From a virus, in IMG/VR virus record IMGVR_UViG_3300047469_000395, positions 6,644 to 70,643 of that record: a stretch of 64,000 bases of DNA; one strand, given 5' to 3'. The notes under the pieces were generated by a model. The model was not told the DNA's origin, made no database searches, and worked only from the letters and a program-made list of their open reading frames with translations. The position numbers and the translations under genes were made by a program. Below are positions 17,787 through 24,796 of this stretch, one piece after another (position 1 is the first letter of the stretch; each line of letters begins with the position of its first letter).

Positions 17787-18038
17787 ATGGAGAACCGCAT
17801 GTCATTGACTGCACAAGCGCAACCTGGCGCGCCAGCGCTGCTGGACACCCTGATCGACAAACTGAAACTGAAGAATGATGCGGAGCTGGCGCGTGCTTTC
17901 GAAGTGGCTCCGCCAGTGATCAGCAAGATCCGTCACCGCAAGTTGCCGTTCGGCGACAGCATGATCCTGAAGGCGCACGAAAAGTTCAACTTCGCCGTGG
18001 CTGACATCCGCGCCGGTCTGGCCGAGAAGACGCAGTAA
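17787..18038 (+). CDS. Small HTH DNA-binding protein
   Basis: LKNDAELARAFEVAPPVISKIRH. Confidence 0.75.
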   Translation: MENRMSLTAQAQPGAPALLDTLIDKLKLKNDAELARAFEVAPPVISKIRHRKLPFGDSMILKAHEKFNFAVADIRAGLAEKTQ

Positions 18039-18041
18039 TCG

Positions 18042-18167
18042 ATGAGTCAGCAACACCAGAAAAAAGAGCAGGGAGTCGAGCCGCTGCCGACTGAGCCGGG
18101 CCATGTGATGGCTCGGGGGCATTACGAGCGCCTAGCGCGCGAAGCCGCCGCTGAACAGCAGAAATAG
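18042..18167 (+). CDS. Small hypothetical protein (41 aa)
   Basis: ATG 3 nt after previous stop; fills the gap. Confidence 0.4.
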   Translation: MSQQHQKKEQGVEPLPTEPGHVMARGHYERLAREAAAEQQK

Positions 18168-18214
18168 AAAAGGCCGCGTTGCAGCGCGGCCCGATCACCT
18201 ACAAGAGGAATTAC

Positions 18215-18421
18215 ATGCCAGCTATTTTACAGCAAGGACCGGCGCCAGCACAGACTGGCACGCCGGAGGAGAAAGTCACACTCGCGGCCCGCGAATGGCG
18301 CGAAAAAGACCGTGAGCACATCGCTGAGAAGAACGCGACTACCGGCGCTGCGGAGTACCGCGCGCGCCGCAAGCTGCGCATGACGGTCGACCTCACCGAC
18401 AGGAAGGCGGGCCACCCATGA
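18215..18421 (+). CDS. Hypothetical phage protein
   Basis: GAGG RBS before MPAILQ. Confidence 0.6.
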   Translation: MPAILQQGPAPAQTGTPEEKVTLAAREWREKDREHIAEKNATTGAAEYRARRKLRMTVDLTDRKAGHP

Positions 18422-18783
18422 GGAAGATCCACTTACTTGTACTTCCGGGTCGCCCAGTAATAAGCGGCCGCGAACGCCTCGTCTGCCGTCGGGAAGACCT
18501 TATCGGCAACGCTGTCGTGATGAGCAAGTCCGCTCGGCTGTTCTGTGTTAGTAATGGAAGAAATGTAGTACACGAATCCTTCGGTATCACGCGAGACGCG
18601 TTCGACCTCAATTCTCATGCGCCATTTGCCTATCTGTACAACTTCGTTGATGCTATTCATGCGCGATTCCCCGGTGAGAATGCGAGAGTAGCACGTAGTG
18701 GCGAAAACTCCGGTCGGGTATGCGGCACGTCTTACCCTGCGCATGTCACCATTGCGCGCCGCGCAGCGGGAGCGCGGGCATGA
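18418..18783 (+). CDS. Putative 'bridge' ORF spanning 18433..18660
   Basis: ATGA overlap with upstream stop and ATGA overlap with methylase start. Confidence 0.45.
   Translation: MRKIHLLVLPGRPVISGRERLVCRREDLIGNAVVMSKSARLFCVSNGRNVVHESFGITRDAFDLNSHAPFAYLYNFVDAIHARFPGENARVARSGENSGRVCGTSYPAHVTIARRAAGARA
18433..18660 (-). CDS. Counter-oriented small hypothetical protein
   Basis: MNSINEVV...FPTADEAFAAAYYWA; lower GC. Confidence 0.65.
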   Translation of the reverse strand: MNSINEVVQIGKWRMRIEVERVSRDTEGFVYYISSITNTEQPSGLAHHDSVADKVFPTADEAFAAAYYWATRKYK

Positions 18784-20957
18784 AGCGCGACAACTTCAAT
18801 TTTGATCTGCCTCTGGAAGACGTTGCCACCATGATGGCATCGCCGGTTCCAGCATCACGGCCAGCGGCGCGCCGTACTCCGCGCCGCGCGAGTCGCGACA
18901 TCATGACGCCGCAGCTGGACTTGGGCCATGAGCTGATCATTGACAACTTCGCCGGCGGCGGCGGCACCAGCACCGGCCTGGAAGAAGCGTTCGGCCGGCC
19001 GGTCGATATCGCGATCAACCATGATCCGGAAGCCCTGGCGCTGCACGCCATGAATCACCCGCACACCAAGCACCTGTGCGAGAGCGTGTGGGACGTAGAT
19101 CCTATCAAGGTCACGAACAACCAGCCCGTGGGCCTTGTCTGGCTTTCGCCGGACTGCAAACACTTCAGCAAGGCCAAGGGCGGCACGCCGGTGGCGAAGA
19201 ACATTCGCGGCCTGGCCTGGGTGACGCTGCGCTGGGCGGCGAAGTGCAAGCCGCGCGTGATCATGCTGGAAAACGTTGAAGAGTTCAAAACGTGGGGGCC
19301 GCTGCTGGTCGACGCCGAGGGCAACTTCCGCCCTGATCCGGCGAAGAAGGGCAAGACTTTCGAGAGCTTCCTGCGCCAGCTGCGCGGCCACGGCTACACG
19401 GTCGACCACCGCGAGCTGCGCGCCAGCGACTACGACACGCCGACAATCCGGAAGCGCTTCTTCCTCGTGGCGCGCCGCGACGGCCTGCCGATCCGCTGGC
19501 CGGCGCCGACCAACGGCGCGCCGACTTCGGCCGGCGTGCTGGCCGGAAACCTCGCACCGTGGCGAACTGCCGCCGAATGCATCGATTGGTCCATTCCGTG
19601 TCCGTCGATCTTCGAGCGCAAGCGCCCGCTGGCGGACGCCACGCTGCGCCGCATCGCGAAGGGCATCCAGCGCTACGTAGTGGACGCGGAAACGCCGTTC
19701 ATCATCGGGCAGGGCGGCCCGATCTACTCGGGCAAACCGGTGCCGGCCGACCAACCGTTCGGCACGCTGACGACGGAGAACCACCGCGCCATTGTCGTGC
19801 CCAGCATCGTGCCGGTGACGCACCAAGGCGGCTACCGCAGCGAATCCGTTCACGAGCCGTTCCGCACGATCACCAGCGCGCAGCGCGGCGAGAAGGCGCT
19901 GGCCGTCGCCACCATGGTGCAGACCGGCTACGGTGAGCGCGATGGCCAGACGCCGCGTGCGCTCGATATCGAGAAGTCGCTGGGCACGGTGGTGGCCGGC
20001 GCAAGCAAGGCGGCGCTGGTGACCGCCTTCCTCAACGAGCACGCCAACTCCAGCAACCAGCGCACCATGCCTGCCGACCAGCCGCTACGCACCATCTGCG
20101 CGCAGGTCAAGGGCGGTCACTTCAGCGCCGTCTCGGCGACGCTGGTCGGCGTGGGCGGCCGTGCCGGAGACAGCCGGCCGCGTGGTGCTGACGAGCCGGC
20201 GGCTACGATCACGGCCAAGGGCGACACCGCGATCGCCACAGCGTTTCTCGCAAAGCATTACACCGGCGTCGTAGGCTCGGATCTCGAAGACCCGCTCGGA
20301 ACGGTCACAGGCTGCGATCACCATAGCCTGGTTACTGCGAATCTGATCCACATGGGTCACGGTGAAGGCGCGGGCGGTGGAAAGCGTTTCAGCCATGGAA
20401 TCCGTGATGTCGAGCAGCCAATCAATACGATCACCGCGAGCGGCGCCACAGCTGGTGTCGTGACCAGCAGCCTGGTCAAGTTGCGCGGCACCAGCAGCAC
20501 GGCCGACATGGACGAGCCGCTGCACACGGTCAGCGCCGGCGGCCAGCACCACGCCGAAGTGCGCGCCTTCCTGGTGAAGTACTACGGCACCGATCAAGAT
20601 CCGCGCCTCGAAGAACCGCTGCATACGGTCACCACCAAGGACCGCTACGGCCTGGTGACGATCGAGGGCGTGGACTATCAGATCGTCGATATCGGCCTGC
20701 GCATGCTGGAACCGGCGGAGTTGTACCGCGCGCAGGGTTTCCCGGCCAGCTACGTGATCCGCGAGATCCCTGATCCAAAGCTGCTGTTCAAGGACGGACA
20801 CCAGGCCGACGGCGATCCGCTGGCGCTGCCGCGTGTGCCGCTGACGAAATCAGCCCAGGTCCGCATGTGCGGTAACAGCGTCTGCCCGCCGATGGCCCGC
20901 GCGCTGATCCAGGCGAACTTCATGCACGAACGCGAGATTGGTTCGGTGGCAGCGTGA
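18780..20957 (+). CDS. DNA cytosine-C5 methyltransferase
   Basis: IDNFAGGGG (I), SPDCKHFS (IV), ENVEEF (VI), RKRFF (VIII), GNSV (X); long TRD with repeated P..T(I/V)T units. Confidence 0.93.
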   Translation: MKRDNFNFDLPLEDVATMMASPVPASRPAARRTPRRASRDIMTPQLDLGHELIIDNFAGGGGTSTGLEEAFGRPVDIAINHDPEALALHAMNHPHTKHLCESVWDVDPIKVTNNQPVGLVWLSPDCKHFSKAKGGTPVAKNIRGLAWVTLRWAAKCKPRVIMLENVEEFKTWGPLLVDAEGNFRPDPAKKGKTFESFLRQLRGHGYTVDHRELRASDYDTPTIRKRFFLVARRDGLPIRWPAPTNGAPTSAGVLAGNLAPWRTAAECIDWSIPCPSIFERKRPLADATLRRIAKGIQRYVVDAETPFIIGQGGPIYSGKPVPADQPFGTLTTENHRAIVVPSIVPVTHQGGYRSESVHEPFRTITSAQRGEKALAVATMVQTGYGERDGQTPRALDIEKSLGTVVAGASKAALVTAFLNEHANSSNQRTMPADQPLRTICAQVKGGHFSAVSATLVGVGGRAGDSRPRGADEPAATITAKGDTAIATAFLAKHYTGVVGSDLEDPLGTVTGCDHHSLVTANLIHMGHGEGAGGGKRFSHGIRDVEQPINTITASGATAGVVTSSLVKLRGTSSTADMDEPLHTVSAGGQHHAEVRAFLVKYYGTDQDPRLEEPLHTVTTKDRYGLVTIEGVDYQIVDIGLRMLEPAELYRAQGFPASYVIREIPDPKLLFKDGHQADGDPLALPRVPLTKSAQVRMCGNSVCPPMARALIQANFMHEREIGSVAA

Positions 20958-21667
20958 AAAACACCGCTTTACGGTCCGTACAGCTCCTCCGGCGTGGGTG
21001 GCGGAGCATGAGTCCTCGCTGCATGGGTGCATCGAAGAGCTATCACGCTAAACCGCTCTGCGAGTTCATCGCCAAGCCGCTCCCACTTTTCAGCGTCTCT
21101 TTTTTGCAATGGAGCTCCGTCGCTTGCACTCACATATTCGGATATTGCTCGGCAAATGATATCCAGCCTACCCTGCGCATATGCGAGTTTGCTAGCGAAT
21201 CCGTTTTCGAGCGCCGCGAGCACCATCAGTTCCTCCGTCGTCGCTGGAAGGTACGTTATTCCGAGGATATATATAGCTTCCTCAGCGGGACTCCTGTATG
21301 GCGCGCCCTCCAAGTTTTCAAACATCAGGTTGTCTCGAAAAGCGCGAAGCTGGTTGGCGAGCAGCTCAACTCTTGGTGCCAAAGCTGCTGCAGTGATATT
21401 TGCCCTGAGAACTTCCTCGCTGCGTCGTCGCCTGCTTTCTGTCGTGGCTATCCACATCGTGCCAAGCAGAGCGCCAACCGTTCCTATCGATCCTATCCAT
21501 GTGCCCCAATCGCCGGCAGTCATGGTTTTCCAACCGTGGTGATCGAAAAGGAATGCAATGTATTGATGGATGGCGACGAGCATTGCGATGCCGAACAGTG
21601 TGAGCACGGTCCATTTCTCGAATTTCATTGCAGCCCCAATAGTTACCAAAAAGGAATCCTATCATGA
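20954..21667 (+). CDS. Putative 'bridge' ORF spanning 20969..21628
   Basis: 237 open codons; GTGA overlap upstream, AAGGA..ATGA overlap downstream. Confidence 0.45.
   Translation: MKNTALRSVQLLRRGWRSMSPRCMGASKSYHAKPLCEFIAKPLPLFSVSFLQWSSVACTHIFGYCSANDIQPTLRICEFASESVFERREHHQFLRRRWKVRYSEDIYSFLSGTPVWRALQVFKHQVVSKSAKLVGEQLNSWCQSCCSDICPENFLAASSPAFCRGYPHRAKQSANRSYRSYPCAPIAGSHGFPTVVIEKECNVLMDGDEHCDAEQCEHGPFLEFHCSPNSYQKGILS
20969..21628 (-). CDS. Counter-oriented membrane protein, similar to 26..697
   Basis: Two hydrophobic segments, DWGTWIGSIGTVGALLG, then charged helix. Confidence 0.75.
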   Translation of the reverse strand: MKFEKWTVLTLFGIAMLVAIHQYIAFLFDHHGWKTMTAGDWGTWIGSIGTVGALLGTMWIATTESRRRRSEEVLRANITAAALAPRVELLANQLRAFRDNLMFENLEGAPYRSPAEEAIYILGITYLPATTEELMVLAALENGFASKLAYAQGRLDIICRAISEYVSASDGAPLQKRDAEKWERLGDELAERFSVIALRCTHAARTHAPPPTPEELYGP

Positions 21668-22101
21668 TGTATGACTTATCGCGCCCAGAGCGCCAGCACC
21701 GGGCCATCGCCAACGAAAAGCCGGGCCCGGTGCTGCAATCGAAGCGCTGCACCTGCGGCAAGGCGGCACCGGCAAAAGTGCTGTTGCAGCACAAGAAGTG
21801 CCACGGCTGCCAGGTGGCCGACCGCGTCGCTACGCTGCAGGACGGCGACTTGGACATTCTGCGTCACATGGTCGGTGCGACGCCGCACCACCCGATGGTG
21901 CGCTGGGGCTTCCGCAACGAATACTTGGTGAACCGCCGCGATGCGGCTGCACTGGAGCGCCTGGTCGCCGCCGGCTTCGCGCGTGCTAGCCAGCAGCTGC
22001 TGCAGCTGCAGTACTTCCATGCAACCGACGGCGGTTGCCGCGTGGCTGGCCTGACTGCGAAGCGCGCACGCGTGGCGCTGTCGCTGGGAGCGCGGCCATG
22101 A
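21664..22101 (+). CDS. Hypothetical phage protein with Cys motifs
   Basis: CTCGK..CHGC; LRHMVGA..WGFRN. Confidence 0.7.
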   Translation: MMYDLSRPERQHRAIANEKPGPVLQSKRCTCGKAAPAKVLLQHKKCHGCQVADRVATLQDGDLDILRHMVGATPHHPMVRWGFRNEYLVNRRDAAALERLVAAGFARASQQLLQLQYFHATDGGCRVAGLTAKRARVALSLGARP

Positions 22102-22463
22102 CTGCAGTCGCACAAGTGATCAACGCAGTGGGAGCGGAGCGCCCATCAAGGAACTTTCAACGCATCGATCATCTCGCGAAGCGATTCAACGACTGTCGCG
22201 TGAGCGGCATTGAAATCCGTGTAGAGATTGTCAAAGTCAGGACGAGCTACGATTGTCGCCTTGGAAAGCCACGCTCCCTTATGGGCGCTGGGATTGACAA
22301 GCTCAGCTTTGCCGCTGGCGCAGTACTGATATGGATCGCCAGGCTTCCAGTATGGCGGGACCTCGTCCCAGCATGCCGTCGAAATCAACCAACCTTCGTG
22401 CGAAATCTGCATCGCTGGAATCATGATTACCTCCTGACGGTAGAGGAGGTAATCGTAGCATGA
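22098..22463 (+). CDS. Putative 'bridge' ORF spanning 22146..22424
   Basis: ATGA overlaps at both ends. Confidence 0.45.
   Translation: MTAVAQVINAVGAERPSRNFQRIDHLAKRFNDCRVSGIEIRVEIVKVRTSYDCRLGKPRSLMGAGIDKLSFAAGAVLIWIARLPVWRDLVPACRRNQPTFVRNLHRWNHDYLLTVEEVIVA
22146..22424 (-). CDS. Counter-oriented small hypothetical protein
   Basis: AGGAGG RBS; 92 aa; HEGWLIST motif similar in style to YRGWDITI of 23731..23988. Confidence 0.7.
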   Translation of the reverse strand: MIPAMQISHEGWLISTACWDEVPPYWKPGDPYQYCASGKAELVNPSAHKGAWLSKATIVARPDFDNLYTDFNAAHATVVESLREMIDALKVP

Positions 22464-23686
22464 ACCAAGCCGATATTTTCGCTGCCGGCGCCAAGCGCCT
22501 GCAGATGACCGACTCCATCGAAATGACGATTCAGTCGCTGCTGGCCTACGGCGCGTCGCACGACCACTGGGGCATAGCCTGGTCCGGCGGCAAAGACAGT
22601 AGCGCCACGCTGACCCTGATCATCTGGCTGCTGGACACCGGCCGCGTGCCACGCCCTAAAACCCTGACCGTTTTCTACGCTGACACGCGTCAGGAGCTAC
22701 TTCCGCTGGCGCACTCCGCCCAGCAGATCATCGACGAGCTGCGCGAGCGCGGCATCCAAGTTGAAGTCGTGACCGCGACGCTGGACAAGCGCTTCATGGT
22801 CTACATCCTGGGGCGCGGCGTGCCGCCGCCGAACAACAATACGTTGCGCTGGTGCACGCGGCAGATCAAGATCGATCCGATGCAGCACGCGCTGGAGCAG
22901 CGTCTCGCGGAGCTCGATGGCCAGGTACTGATGATCACCGGCGTGCGCCAGGGGGAACGCGCTATCCGCGACCAGCGCATTGAAATGAGTTGCAGCAAGG
23001 ACGGCGCCGAGTGCGGCCAAGGCTGGTATCAGAAGGTGCTGCCAGAGGCGAAGGGTTTGCGCGGCCGGCTCGCGACGCTTGCGCCGCTGCTGCACTGGCG
23101 CGTCTGCCATGTGTGGGAGTGGTTGCGCCATTGGGCGCCTGGCGCCGAGTTCGGCGACTGGAGCACGGCCGCGATCGCGGAGGCCTATGGAGGCGACGAG
23201 GCGGAGGAGATCAACGCGCGCACCGGCTGCACTGGCTGCCCGCTGGTTGACTCCGATATGGCGCTGGATAACATTCTGCTGAGCCCGCAGTGGGCCTACC
23301 TGGCGCCGCTGAAGCGCATCAAGCCGCTTTGGCGTGAACTGCGGTTGCCGAAGCATCGACTGCGCAAGGCCGGCCTTGAGATCCTGAGGAGTGGAAAAAC
23401 GGCGGCCAATCCGCAGCGCATGGGGCCGCTGACCTTCGAGGCGCGCCTAATGGGCCTCGCGACGATCCTCGGCATCCAAGCTGAGGTGAACGAGGCCGCG
23501 CGTGCCGCCGGCCGGCCGCTGGTGGACCTAATCAACGCCGAGGAGGCACGCATCCGCGAGCTGATCAAACTGGAAACCTGGCCAGATGGCTGGGACGGCG
23601 ATGAGCCGATCGCCACCACCATCATGGATACCGTGTATGCGAATGGCGCGGTTCAGCCGCGGTTGTTTTCGGAGGCCGATCTTTGA
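22460..23686 (+). CDS. PAPS-reductase family (DndC-like) PP-loop protein
   Basis: AWSGGKDSSA, ADT, PPP....RWCT..IKIDP, TGVR..E, ARTGCTGCPL. Confidence 0.85.
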   Translation: MNQADIFAAGAKRLQMTDSIEMTIQSLLAYGASHDHWGIAWSGGKDSSATLTLIIWLLDTGRVPRPKTLTVFYADTRQELLPLAHSAQQIIDELRERGIQVEVVTATLDKRFMVYILGRGVPPPNNNTLRWCTRQIKIDPMQHALEQRLAELDGQVLMITGVRQGERAIRDQRIEMSCSKDGAECGQGWYQKVLPEAKGLRGRLATLAPLLHWRVCHVWEWLRHWAPGAEFGDWSTAAIAEAYGGDEAEEINARTGCTGCPLVDSDMALDNILLSPQWAYLAPLKRIKPLWRELRLPKHRLRKAGLEILRSGKTAANPQRMGPLTFEARLMGLATILGIQAEVNEAARAAGRPLVDLINAEEARIRELIKLETWPDGWDGDEPIATTIMDTVYANGAVQPRLFSEADL

Positions 23687-24081
23687 TGCGCCGCTCACCC
23701 ATGAAGCCCGGCATCGCGCCGATGAACCCGTCAGCGTCGCAACGCGTCGATCAACTGCTTAGCCTCGCTGAGCAGCGCGCTGATGCACGCATCATCGGTC
23801 GGGAAGCTCCTGCCGCCCGTGCTGAGTACCTGCATTCGCGGATCGACCCAGTCGTCCGGATTCTCGCCTTGCTGCAATTCTGCCTCGGCAATAGCGGTGT
23901 ATCGCGAAGGGTGAATCTTGCTCGCGATATGACTGCACCGAATCGTTATGTCCCAGCCTCGATAAGGTTCCTGAATGATGTGGGGCATCTCACGCCTCCG
24001 AATTTTGTTGCAAATAATATTACTCGAATTGCTGAGTTTGATCATAGCAATTTGCTATCGAATCAAGGCGGTCTGCTATGA
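23683..24081 (+). CDS. Putative 'bridge' ORF spanning 23731..23988
   Basis: TTGATG overlap upstream; ATGA overlap with NinG-like start. Confidence 0.45.
   Translation: MMRRSPMKPGIAPMNPSASQRVDQLLSLAEQRADARIIGREAPAARAEYLHSRIDPVVRILALLQFCLGNSGVSRRVNLARDMTAPNRYVPASIRFLNDVGHLTPPNFVANNITRIAEFDHSNLLSNQGGLL
23731..23988 (-). CDS. Counter-oriented small hypothetical protein
   Basis: GGAGG RBS before MPHIIQEPYRGWDITI...AKQLIDA. Confidence 0.7.
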   Translation of the reverse strand: MPHIIQEPYRGWDITIRCSHIASKIHPSRYTAIAEAELQQGENPDDWVDPRMQVLSTGGRSFPTDDACISALLSEAKQLIDALRR

Positions 24082-24779
24082 GGCGCGCACCGATGCCGGC
24101 TCGCAAAACGGGAATGAAATCCAACGGCTTCGCACGCGCCGAACGCATCGAGGCGCGCGAGGTGACGAAGATCGCGACCAAGGCGGCGCGCGCGAAGAAG
24201 TGCAAGGTGCGGTCCTGCCGCGCCGAGTTCGTGCCCGATCAGCCGTTTGTCGAATGGTGCTCGCCGGACTGCGGCGCCGCGCTGGCCATGGCAAAGATCG
24301 AGAAGCAACGCCTGGCCGTTGCAAAGGCCGAACGCAAGGATCGCAAGGAGAAGCTGGCCAAGTTCAAGCGCAAGGCCGACCACGTGGCCGACTGCCAGAA
24401 GGCGTTCAACGCCTGGGTGCGATTCCGCGACCGCTTCGAGCCGTGCATCGACTGCAGCAAGTTCGCTCACGATGACGGCATACACGGCGGCGCCTGGGAT
24501 GCGGGCCACTACCTCTCGCGCGGCAGCCACCCGCATCTGCGATTCGACCATCGCAACGTGTTCAAGCAGCTCAAGGGCTGCAACCGCCCCGGCGGCACCA
24601 CTGCAGCATCGTTCCGCGCCGGCGTGATCGCGCGCATCGGCCTGGCCGCCGTTGAGGCGCTGGAGGCCGACAACGAGCCGCGCCACTACACGGTCGACCA
24701 GTTGGTCGCCATGACCGCGCACTACCGAAAATTATTGAAAGCCCTGAAGGCTGCTGCTGCACCAGCTGCTGGAATTTAA
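24078..24779 (+). CDS. NinG/Rap-like endonuclease
   Basis: WCSPDC, QKAFNAWVRFRD..PCIDC, WDAGHY.SRGS.PHLRF...N. Confidence 0.88.
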   Translation: MRRAPMPARKTGMKSNGFARAERIEAREVTKIATKAARAKKCKVRSCRAEFVPDQPFVEWCSPDCGAALAMAKIEKQRLAVAKAERKDRKEKLAKFKRKADHVADCQKAFNAWVRFRDRFEPCIDCSKFAHDDGIHGGAWDAGHYLSRGSHPHLRFDHRNVFKQLKGCNRPGGTTAASFRAGVIARIGLAAVEALEADNEPRHYTVDQLVAMTAHYRKLLKALKAAAAPAAGI

Positions 24780-24796
24780 CCTGAAACGGAAAAGAC

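Noticed and set aside
22460-23686. Complete Dnd phosphorothioation system or sulfate-assimilation cysH
   Set aside because: No dndA/D/E or cys pathway partners in the window; only the family-level call is supported.
24044-24058. ATAGCAATTTGCTAT palindrome resembling the CI operator
   Set aside because: Spacer between TAGC and GCTA is 5 nt instead of the 3 nt in all six operators.
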